From: Moniliella sp. 'wahieum'
Taxonomy: Eukaryota
Assembly: GCA_003971905.1 (NCBI GenBank)
Contig: RSEE01000063.1
Span: forward strand, 124,001-188,000
Length of the DNA: 64,000 nucleotides
Reading direction: 5' to 3'
The translations under genes were made by a program, and so were the position numbers. Positions 1 through 10,792 of this stretch are shown here, piece by piece. Within the stretch, counting starts at the first letter, position 1. Each line of letters begins with the position of its first letter. The notes beneath the pieces were generated by a model. That model was not told where the DNA came from and did no database searches. It saw only the letters and a program-made list of their open reading frames with translations.

Positions 1-1480
1 TGTTTGGGCTGGTTGGTGGATCCGAGTAGAGCTATTGAGGAATGCGGCCACATTTGGCTTATTGTATAGTAAGCTAGAGGTGTGTCTCTGCGGTTCTTGC
101 TGGCTGTGTCGTGCCTCAGCGAGAGCATACCACGTTCGGGATGAGATATGGAAGGTGTGCCTTTGTCAGTGGGAAATTGGGCAAGCTGTGTATGCGTCTG
201 CCAGTTGGTCTGCAATGGGTCAGGCCAGGTGGCTAAGTTGAAGAAGGCTCGGTGTGGGTTGTTCTTTTCTGCGCAAGCCTGGTACAAAACCTTGGCGGCA
301 GCGCTGCACACGCTGGCCTCTATTCATGCCACGCTTGCCGCTGAGTGCCTCTACATCAAGGACGGTCCGGAGCCAGTGTACCTGTTGTGCTGGGTTGACG
401 ACACTTTGCTGCTGCCGTTAAGGGTGAAAACGCGCGTTGCATCGTGTTCATTGTGCGCGGTCTAATTTCTTTTGTCGGCCTCGCTACTACCACAGAATGT
501 GAGCACTGAACGTCGTCTTGGACTAAGGAGCTTCTGCGACTTACTCGTCCAGAAGACTGGTGCGAGCTCGGAAGGAATGAAACGTGACTCAGGGTCGGCG
601 CGGTCCTATGGGACGGATGTCAAATCTTTGTGTGTTGGTTGAGGAACTCGGCCCGTTTGAGCAAATTGCGGGACTCGATGTTAAATAAGATCGTGTTGCT
701 GATCGGGACCAATATGCCAGTGTGGCTCCGCTCCTTGTGGAGAAGGGCATGGCTGGGGCTTCCGCGTTTTCTGCCTGTGACCAAATTGGGGGCCAGTGTA
801 TTGCGTGCGCAGCGGACCGAGGAGCAGGAGGAAAGGACCAATCCCAAGCGCTCTGTGGTGGAGTACCAGTCACTGGTGGGTTCGAGATCCACAATGCGGC
901 CCAAGGAACACACCGTTTGCTGCTGGATTTGTGGGGCAGTCTAATGACAAAAAGGCCAAGCAGTCATGGGAAGTCGTGAACGGGATTATTCGTTACCTGG
1001 TCGGTCACCAACTCAAGCTAGGGTACACCCACCAACCGATCGAGTTGATCCAAAGACGGAAGGACACTGAGACCTCGCTGAAGAGTTGGATCGGAAGTGC
1101 ATCGGAGGCTGCGTATTCAAGGTGTCTGATGCTGCTGTGTCATGGACAAATTGTGAACAGACCAACCTGACCCTGTCTATTATCGAGGCAGTGAGCTCAA
1201 TGCTGCCTTAGAAGGATTTCGTGAGGCAAAATGCATCTGCTCAGGATCGCAAAGTACTTTGGAATGAGTCAAAAAAGAGCATAACCATTGAAGTGGACGA
1301 TCAGCCTGCTTTGGCTTACTTGGCGGCAACTGAGAAGCATGATTGCAGTGAGCACTGAGGCGTCGAGCTCAAGGCAATACGCGAATGGGTGCAGGCCGGA
1401 ACAATTCAGTAAGAGGATTGTCCCACCCAGTCCATGGTGGCCGACTTCCTTGCGGAGGCCGTTCCTGGTCCTGCGCATGT
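1..1480 (+). mobile_element. Degenerate Ty1/copia retrotransposon relic (RT and RNase H region)
   Basis: Fragments LKKARCGLFFSAQAWY and VYLLCWVDDTLL (148-465) match copia RT motifs LKKALYGLKQ..WY and YVDD. IIRYL near 985 and MVADFLAEAVPGP (1434-1472) match the copia RNase H end (ADILTK). Many stops and frameshifts. Confidence 0.8.
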
Positions 1481-1499
1481 CAACACTACGGACCACATT

Positions 1500-2935
1500 T
1501 TGATATCAGTGATTCCAGGGTGTCCGACGACGTCCCTCCCCGCGACCCCTCCCTCGGGAACCAGAGGGGACCTGGGGTATCACAGCGATATCAGCATGTT
1601 CGACGATATCCAGACTGCCCGAGAGGTTCCCAGGCATTTCAGCGAAATCCTGCACGGCTGCGGGGTTTGTATGGGATAAAACCACGTTCCCGGAACAAAA
1701 ATGGTTTAACGGCCATAAGCTGTAGTGGGTTTGGCCATTATCCAAATCTCGCTATAATAGAAGTACTTAGTTAGCTTAACCTCACGTTTGCGCCAAGGTT
1801 ATATATCCAAGCAATTCGCACTTGTTTAATCCTAGTAAGTTCGATCAAATGCATTTTTTGGGTGGGTTAGGGTGTCCATTCTGTCCTGCGGCCACATCAA
1901 CTTTCGCCATCGCGGCCTTAAATTGCGCTTCAACTCTTGATGCCCCTTCAGCACCAAGGACCACACATCCACTCTCTCTCCTGTGGCCACCTTCTCCTCC
2001 AAAGCAATGGGTTAGGTTAGAGGGTAGCAAAGTCATGACCAGTGTAAGCATAAAAACGTACCGCCAAATCGAAAAGCGACGACGCATGGTCGACCAAGTC
2101 GGCTTCAGGAACACCGTCAACAGAACTTGGACAAAGTTTTTGTCACACGACCGATATGGGCCAGGAGTTGACCGTCAAAAGTAAACTCTTCCAGACCTCG
2201 CGGGGAACAAGCCGCTTGCGGACGGAAAACCAAGCCTAAATCCTTATTGTTGCCGATCCTGCTCTAGGGATGCAGACAAACCCATACCGCGAAGAGTCAT
2301 TTGTACCATTTCTGTCAGTGGCGAGTCAGTATAGCACAAAGTGATCCTGGGGTGTGCGGCGAGAGCTGATGGTCCTGACCTTTTTGTGCTCCAGCAAGCG
2401 TTTGAAATGCTGGCGTGGTTTGGACATGGTAAAGCCCCTAGCCAACGATTCCTACTTCACATTGCTTGACAAAAAGAACACCCGAAGAGTCTTGATGTCG
2501 CACCATAGACTTTCCTCGATGAGTATGCATGTTGCCCAACGGCGCTCTCTTCATCAGTGTCCATTGTGCGGGGAACAAGGTGTCAGCGTCAAGACCCAGC
2601 GCAAAACTTCTTCGTTGTTCATCGTCATCGTTTGCGGGTTCAATTGACCCCGCATAGTCATTTCACGAACCAACACGGGAACGAGGGGGGGAGGAGGGAC
2701 TACAACGTAACTCTCGCTCGTACTCCTTTTTCCCTCTCCTCCGTCGGAGTCGCTGCCGGAATCGCTGTTGACCCCACTCTGGTGCCACCAGGTGGTTCTT
2801 CAGGGGACGGTTCGTCACCTTCGAAAGCAGTCTCCACCACGGGCTCCGGCTCAGGGTTGATACGTCGTGTGTCCCTCGGGCGGCGAGCGGCATTGCTGGT
2901 TACTGGGTTGTCCTGACGGTGCGGGAGGGAGGCAT
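1500..2935 (-). pseudogene. Decayed gene or transposon ORF of unknown family, with an intron remnant
   Basis: Protein-like reading from ATG at 2935 (..RRINPEPEPVVETAFEGDEPSPEE..) with several in-frame stops. GTACGT...CTAAC...AG intron at about 2061-1997. Family not recognised. Confidence 0.3.
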
Positions 2936-3423
2936 TGTAGAGTGGCAGTACTGGCTCAAGAGAAAGATGATGGCGGGAAAGGTGGTGAGCGGGGGCAAGC
3001 AGTTCGCCTCAAAGGGATGCAGCTGTGTGGTTGCTTCTCCACCAGGGGTCGGATTCCAAGGGGTCGATCGAGCTGAGATTTGCGGAGCGTGAATTGACTG
3101 TACACCTCAAATTGAGGCCTGGGGCCGCTGTTTCAGCGATCATCCTGCATCATGCATCACCCCCCAAACAGAAGCATGGTGCGGGAGAGCATGCTGTGCT
3201 GCTCTGCGACGTGAGGCGGCTGAAGCCCGTGCGGGGCAGGGTCGCTCGCACGAAGCATGTTAAAGTACGTTAAACGTTAACGAGTCACCGGTCACTGGTA
3301 GACGTACGGTAACCAGTAACCTCAGCCTTCGGGCTCCGGCTCAGCGAGCGCCCAGCCCTGCAAAATAAGACCCGTATACTGCCTGGCATGGGGAGAAATA
3401 GGTAAACGGACACAGACAGTTCA

Positions 3424-3770
3424 TGTTGAACCATCGGGTGGCTAGTGTTTTGGCCAATGTCCATTCGCTCCTCCTCAGGCCTGGGAGTTCTGTTGTTTTC
3501 TCTCTCCTGTGTTTTTCCTTGTTCCGCAGCTTAGCCCCCGGTGGCGACTCGCTGCTTGCTGTTTCTCTCGAGGTATTGCTGGTTGGCTTAGAACCACCAC
3601 CAGTGCGATTGCACCACCCTCAAAGACCATCCACACTCCAGGTCTCATCAGTTCAAGCCCACTTCCGGACAGAGAGACACGTGTTCACCTAGCTGAACTC
3701 TCCTACAGCGACACCATCACCATCTCCCCAAGAAACAAAATCTGCCAGCCGCATGCGATATCGCCAGAAC
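3424..3770 (+). repeat. Dispersed LTR-like repeat, copy 1 (starts TGTTGA)
   Basis: Reverse complement of 5230-5589, 10583-10792 and 58116-58393 (shared core ggtggcgactcgctgc, cttagaaccaccaccagtgcgattgca). All copies share the TGTTGA/TCAACA terminus. Confidence 0.8.
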
Positions 3771-3799
3771 CTTACCTCAATGGGAAGGAAACCAAAGAG

Positions 3800-4880
3800 G
3801 GTACAATTCCTTCGCCCCCCAGGTGCGCCGAATCTGATCGCTCTCAATGCTTGGCTGATATCAGGATCAAAACAACGCCTGGTACGCTCCCTCCGCAAAA
3901 CATTTGGCGATTCAATGGTTGCTCGAGGCTAACCGCGCGTGCATTGCCTGACAGGATATGTTACCTTCAAAGCCATCGGCATCAACCAAATCTTGGTTTA
4001 AATCGGTACTATTCGGCATGTTGCGCATCTCCACCATAATGTCCTGGTGGAGTATGCATTGAAAATCCCTCCAAAGGGCCAGAGTAACATCAATTTGCGC
4101 CTGGGACAAGCGAGCACAGAGAGCGCGACGCCTAAACACTGGCCCAAGTGATAGCTCAACGCCGCCAGGCTGCTGTGGGTGCGACTCCTTCAGCATACCG
4201 CTAGGAGGGCGCGAGACGGCGTAGGCCCATTACGCGGACCATTCGCCCGTCCCACGCAACTGTTTTGGACGCTACCAACGAGGATGAAGAGTCTGAATAG
4301 TAATGCCGCATCAACTGTGAAGCAGATGTATGAACCACCAGCGACGAAGACAAAACTCTCTCTGTTGGGTATATAGTCGAGCACTGGAACACCAGTGGCG
4401 TTGATATATTAGTAGCCAGCATGCAACCTATAGTAATAAGCAATGAAAAGATGTTCCTTGTCGTTGTGGACCAGGTCACCTGCCGGGTACCTTCAAGCGG
4501 GCGCCTGCAAAATCAACCGCAGAAACCACAGGGCTTCTCAACTCGCGCTGGTTCCGAAGTCACGGCCCTCCGGAAGTGTTGACTGCGGACAACGACGCCG
4601 TCTTCCACTCACATGGCTTCAGCGAAGAACACTTGGCCCAATGGGGGGCTCAGCTAGAGCATTCGTTGCCGTACCACCCACTCACAGGGATTGAATGCTC
4701 CGGCCGAGGCGGAGGTCAAGCGCTTGGAACCAGGTCTGGAAAAAGCACTGTGTGTGACGAGCGGACGCAATATTCCTCTGCCAAAAGGTGGCCGTTCCTG
4801 CTGGAATGGGTAATGAACGCATACAACACCATCCGGGGTGAGGGAATTGCACCATCTTGTTTCCTGCCATTGAGGTAAGG
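3800..4880 (+). mobile_element. Degenerate Ty3/gypsy-type pol relic (RNase H and integrase core)
   Basis: AKHLAIQWLLEANR (~3895-3940) resembles gypsy RNase H ELLAIVWAL. MFLVVVDQ (~4451) and LTADNDAVFHS...LPYHPLTG...WPFLLEWVMNAYNT (4576-4878) resemble the rve integrase core. RNase H-before-integrase order is gypsy-type. Confidence 0.7.
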
Positions 4881-5229
4881 CGAAACCACGGGTCAAGCAA
4901 CAGTGTTGGATTCCTTCTTTGCGCAAAAGGACGTGTGGATAATGTCGCGGCTGATGGGGTTGTGTCCATTTGCCCATGTTGCGACACGTGCACGCCCTAC
5001 TTTGAAAACGGGAGAATCTCTGCAAGACATCAATAGTGATGCCCTGGTATCAGATGGTCCCTCATCTGTTGTGTCTTTTGGCCCTTGCGTGCCTGGCGGA
5101 TTCTTGATGTGCCTGTACATGGAACCCAAGCGTAGCGGGGGGGATCTTTGGACAACACACATTGATATAGTAGGGTTTCACGGTTGGTGACGGGGCACCA
5201 ATGGTTTCCGTTTTCCGGATCATTTTCCG

Positions 5230-5589
5230 GGTTCTGGCGATACCGAATGCGGCTGACTGGCAGATTTTGTTTGTTGGGGAGATGGTGATGGTGTCCCTGT
5301 AGGAGAGTTCCTCAGGTAGGTGAACAGGTGTTCTGTCCGAAAGTGGGCTTGAACGGATGATACCTGGAGTCCGGATGGCCCTTTGAGGGCGATGCAATCG
5401 CACTGGTGGTGGTGGTGGTCTAAGCCAACGAGCAACACCTACAGAGGAACAGCAAGCAGCGAGTCGCCACCAGGGCTAAGTTGCGGAAGAAGGAAAAACA
5501 GGAGAGAGAAAACAACGGGACTCGAAGGCCTGGGGAAGAACTGAAGGGACGGCCAAAGCACGAGCCACGTGATGCATGATGGCTCAACA
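5230..5589 (-). repeat. Dispersed LTR-like repeat, copy 2
   Basis: Inverted copy of 3424-3770; ends ggctcaaca at 5589. Confidence 0.8.
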
Positions 5590-6431
5590 CAGGCCTTTCC
5601 TGAATCCAACCCTCAGGCCCTCAGGCGTCACAATAAATTCCTGCTTGCTACTTGACAGGACTCTTATGATGATTCTCGAGGGGCACGGGACCCCACGCGT
5701 CTCGAGCCTTGAGGGAGCGTCCTACCGCATTATGATGGAGGTTGTGAGCCAAAAGTTGAAGCCGGATGTGACACGTTGGTTTATAGGGAAGACTGTCGCT
5801 GTCACTCACTGGTCGGGGTGTCCATATTTGCTGTCCTATTCGCGGCGCCCGGCAGCTGTAGATCCCTATCGGTAGGTGCTTGTGGGCCGGAGCTCCCTGA
5901 CACAGTATCAACTGAACCTCGTGCTTTGAGTTTTGCCGCTGGCATGAAAAGAAGGTTATGCAATGGGACAAGAGAGACGGCGCTTGTCGTTCTAGTTGGC
6001 TCTCTTGCCCCATCTCTGGGTGTGTTTGCGACGGCCGTTTGTTTTTTGCTGGGTCTCCCGTTGGGTCCTTTTGCACCTGGCAAGCCAGCTGTACGGAGAG
6101 GCCATTTCCGATCTGCTTTAATGGCCCAGGCGGTGTAAGAGCCGGGCGATACGAGTCTGAGGCCAAGCACCAAGGGAAGCAACGGATGCACTGGTAGGAG
6201 CAAGGAGGTGAGAAGATTGGCCTAATTAGCGACAAGGACCGTGACAGGCGGGTGTGGGGGCGGCGCGACGTGTGACGCGAGGGGAATGGGGGCGTTGAAA
6301 TGTTCACGCGGGGGGCGCCGAGCCGCCTGCGTGTGCTCGCTCTGCGCCGCACTCGCCCGCCGCCTGGCCCCTCCCCCTAGCACCGCCGCCGTGGCGCCAG
6401 CCACGCCCGAGTGGCGGCGGCGCATGCACCC

Positions 6432-8650
6432 ATGCCTCATGCCAGGGGGCGCCCACCGCCCGCCAGCGCCCCCGTGCCGCCCCGCGCTAGGGTTACTCAG
6501 CACCGCAGCCGCCTGCAGTCCGCGCTCCCCCTCGATGCGGCTGAGGTAAGCCGCGCCAACGCACGCGAGCGGGTGCCGGCGGTGCGCCGGCGAAGCTGCT
6601 TCCCGCGGCTAGCAGCCCCGCCCGACCTTGGCCACCGCCATCGCCACCGCCATCGCCACCGCCATCGCCACCGCCACCGTCATCGCCATCACCCCCACCA
6701 GCCCCACCAGCCCCACCGCCCTCGTTCCCCCCCACTTCGTCTCGCGCCATGCCCCCCCCACCCAATCCCCGCCCCTCTTCCCGGCATTCGGATTCAGATC
6801 CCGCGCCTCACACCCCGCCATCCCCATCCGCAATCCCACCCCCGCTCTCAGTCCCCCCTCCAACCCCAACCCCAACCCCACTCGGAGACCGAGCATCAGC
6901 CCGAACCCGCACCCGAACCTGAACCCACCCGAACCCAATGTCCCACTAACCGATGCCGATGCCGCCTTGGCCGCTGCTGCTCGCGCCTATCCCAGCCCCT
7001 CCGTGGATTCATCCCCCCTCCCGACCAGGCTTCCCCTGGGCCCTTCTTCCCGCCCCCCCGCCACGTCGTGTGGCACAACAGGCGCAGAAGGAACAGGCCC
7101 AGACGCAGGCATCTGACCATGCACAAACCCCGTACCCGAGCGGGAGCATGGCCATCAGAAGGAGCGGGAGAAAGAACGAGAACAGGTGCTTGAGCAGGTG
7201 CATGAACACCAACACGAACACGAACATCAGGCTGCCCAGAAGAAGGAAGCCATTCCCCCCTTAACCCCATCCCACCCCGGCGAGAAGGGGGAGCGGTCTC
7301 CGTCCTCATCCGAGGAAGAACCGTCCTTGGCTCCCCCCCCGCCCCGCAGTTGGGTCGGTCCAGTCCACCAGGGAGGCGAAGCGGGGCACTGGGGAGAAGT
7401 GGGAGTGTGTGCACTACCGCCCCGCGTCGCGCCGCAGAAGTTGGTGCGCATTACAGTGTGCACCAAACCCACTTCCCCCCGCTGGTGCACCGCTTGGTTT
7501 CCTCGCCTGCCTCCCCCCATCCTCTAGGCGCCCTTACCAACTCTACTACCTTTTCTCTTGGGACGCTGAAGATGCTCCCCCTCCCGAGAAAAACAGAACG
7601 ACAGGCGAACAATTTAGCCGCCCCTGTGCCGGTCGTCGCTCAGCCATCCCCCGAATCGGAACGAGGAAGAAGAGAAGCAAGAAGAGAATGAAGAAGAGAA
7701 TGAAGAGGAGGACGAAAAATTGGTCGTGCGTGATTTCGCGTTTGCAGCGCAAGATCCGCGGCATGTGGGGAGAGCCCCACCCGGACCTTGTCGCAGCGCT
7801 AGCGAGGCAAGCTGAAGCCGAGCGGCTGGAACTGCTCGAAAACGAGAGGTTATCCTACCAAGATTACGACGCCGATCCGCACACCTCCATGAACGAAGCG
7901 GCAGCGGCGATTGCCGCGGCCGAGGAGGCTGCAACTGCCCCTCGCGCTGGGGGAATACGAAGTGATGTACCCCTTCGAGGCAGAAAGCGGGCACGAACTT
8001 AGTTGCCTCGTCTGGCGAGAGCGCATCCTGGTGGTCGGTTCCCTCGAAGGCGGATGGGCGATTGTCGAGAAGTTCGCCTGGTGAGGAGGGTGCGCTTCTG
8101 CGCGGTTTGGTGCCTGAGTCCTACCTAGGTTGGGTAGAGAATTATGAGCAAGCAGAAGAGAGTGCCTCCAATCCTGTTCCTGCATCTGACTCCGCCATGG
8201 CCACGCCAAGGGGCGAGGAGGACCCGGTCGGTCGGATGGACGAAGACGCGAACAAGTACCCCACCGCCTTTGTTTCTGCGGAAGCTAGCACTCTGCCCTG
8301 GCAATGCGCGTTAGGCATGTTTTGTTGTTGTTGTTTCTGCCGCTTGCGGCATCTCCATTTGCTCGTCCCTGTACCCCACGTATTTTCTCTTGTGTGCCCC
8401 TTTGAGCCGGCGTTCTCTCTATCGCCTGCTTGACCGCGCCACACCACACCACGTCATGTGGACCATCATCGTTGTGTACGCCGTATGCACTCGTGTGTAG
8501 TGCTTTTCCTTCTGCTCTTGGTCTCTCGTTTTGTGGGTTGTCCACCGGGCTGGCGCAGTTGCTGGACCCTCTATGTGTTGGCTAAAGGCCACATCGAAAT
8601 GGACACGTTGGGCTCATCGATGGCCAAACTAAAGGGAAAGGCCAATGGGG
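6432..8650 (+). CDS. Hypothetical low-complexity protein (spliced, frameshifted; 3' end uncertain)
   Basis: ATG 6432 (MPHARGRPPP...LPLDAAE), phase-0 intron 6546-6995 (GTAAGC...ACTAAC...CCCAG), then protein-like segments in shifting frames (QVLEQVHEHQHEHE; IRGMWGEPHPDLVAALARQAEAERLELLE). No family recognised. Confidence 0.45.
6629..6720 (+). repeat. (GCCAYC)n and (CCCCACCAG)n microsatellite blocks inside a predicted intron
   Basis: Direct reading of gccaccgccatcgccaccgccatc... followed by ccccaccagccccaccag. Confidence 0.85.
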
Positions 8651-10582
8651 GAGGGGAAGAGCAAGTTTGAAGGGATTATAGCGGTAACAAGCCCTGGTAT
8701 ACCCAAACATATGGTAGGATTGATTCAAGAGCATTGGCGGATTCTGGCACTACTTCCTCTATCCCTCTCGTCATGCAATAAGGGCGCAACCACGAGGAGA
8801 TGGCATCGGAGGTTCAGCTGAGCGGGCAATAACATACAGCAGACACTCTACCTAGTGTCAGCGCTGTAGATTTGGTACAAGTTCATCGACCGTAATTAGA
8901 GAGTCTGGAAAATATGTGCTGATGTAGGAAAGGGATTGCTTTGGATCATGCCGATGGTATTCATTCAGGCTCCATGGAATGGTGCCTGCCATATATACCC
9001 AAGGAAAGGGAGAAGCAATCACACGGTAAACGAGACGTGCGCGTGATAAGAGGAAGAGAGACACGAAGGGGTCGAGGAAGATCTAGAACAGGGACGAGAC
9101 TGCTCTTTGACCTTTTGTGTGACTACTACGGACTTACTATTTAATGCTCATCAAGGTAAGCATGTTGCCTTCACGGGGAGGGAGAGGGGGGGGGGGCGTA
9201 AAAGGCGGTAAGGAGAAGAAGTGAGCTTTCATTGTTGTTGGCCTTAAGAGGTTAAGAGAGGATTGAAGGCGTGCGATGTTGTCGATACAACTCCTGTCCG
9301 GTTCCATAGTGGGGGTGTGGTAGTGCCCGAGATGGACGGTTATGAAGTGAGTGCCACTCGCGGGGGAATGTGTCAACTACTCTTTCCCCCGCCCCCACCC
9401 CCACCCCCGTGTTACGGACTGTGTTGGATCCGAGATGGTCCGATCCCGCCTGTGCTATGCACATACCCAGTAGGGCGCGCTCCGAAGTCCAACCCAAGTG
9501 TGAGTGATGATGGTTGGTTAAATCAGGTACGGTGCGGCCCGAGGGGCCATGCATCCGTGCGGCAATAGTCGCCCCCCGCCCAAGTCCAAGTCGGATGACC
9601 TAAATAAGGCCATCGGAGTTTTGGTATCTTGCGGCGACTGCCGCCTCCGTCACCGCTTCCTTTTCCTTTCTCGGTGCGCGCCTGCCGCGACCAACCCTTT
9701 TTTGACGTGTGTTTCTTTCTACACCCTATTATTGTATCTGTTTTCCCTTTGATCTAGCCTGTACCCCTGACTGATGGGAATCATTTTCCCCATCTTCTAT
9801 TCTCGTCTCTCGTCTATTCTCGTCCTTTCTCGTCTTTACCCTCGTCCTTTCTCTTCCTTCCTGCATAGTATGCTGTTCAGCTCCTGCCCATTTTCCAGAC
9901 AATTGATTCAGTACAGGCAGCCTCCTCTCCACTTAGCTTCCACACCTCCTCTTCGACCTCGTCCTCCAGCTCTCCATTTATCCAGTCGCGCGAGCCTTCC
10001 TTCAACCGCGTCGATTCCGGTGCCAGCTCCTCGCATGGGCTCCATACCAGCCACCTCGATAGCCGTCCCTGTCCAGTCTCAGCTCTGGCAGTGTTTTTCC
10101 GCCACTGCCTCTACCCGTCCCTAAGCCACGCAGCCTTCAGATACTACAGCCCAAGCCGGTGCATACTCGATCTTGCCACACGTTCAGCCGCCCCACGAAA
10201 GGCCTCTCCTCTTCGTCCCTAGCTCCGCTCATATCCACCAACTAGCAGCCCCCTGGCGGGGCCAACCCCATGGCATGGTTTCCCCTGTGCCAGTCAGTCA
10301 ATCACAATTTTTCATGTTTTGTGTACATGATAGTTTACGCGTTACGCGTTTTTACGCTTGATGTTCACATTTGATGTTCAGATCACTCCCCAATCTTCCT
10401 GCAAGGTTAATTTTGGGGGAAGAAGTGTCCTGTTCGACCATGCCCACATCATCTGCATCATCGAGCATCGCGTTGTTTACATGTTACAGGCCATCGGTGT
10501 CCCTGCCGAAGAAACAATAAAACCTGATCGACCTGATCGAAAAACAAGCCGTCGTCGCGTGAGAAAGCTTTTGACGATGCAT

Positions 10583-10792
10583 TTTGATGAGACCTGGAGT
10601 CCTGATGGTCCTCGAGGGTGATGCAATTTCACTAATGGTGGTGGTGATATAACTAGCTAACCATCAACGCCTACAGAGGAACATCAAGCAGCAGCGAGTC
10701 GCCACCAGGGGCTTAAGCTGCGGAACAAGGAAACAGGAGAGAGAAAACAGCGGATCTCCCAGGCCTCAGGAGGAACTGAGGATAGCTCAACA
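10583..10792 (-). repeat. Dispersed LTR-like repeat, copy 3 (truncated)
   Basis: gagacctggagtcc...gcgagtcgccaccagggg...caggagagagaaaac...gctcaaca; same orientation as copy 2. Confidence 0.8.

Noticed and set aside
6411..7193. 260-aa ORF with HRHRHR repeat as a standalone metal-binding protein
   Set aside because: The repeat lies inside a predicted GTAAGC...ACTAAC...CAG intron.
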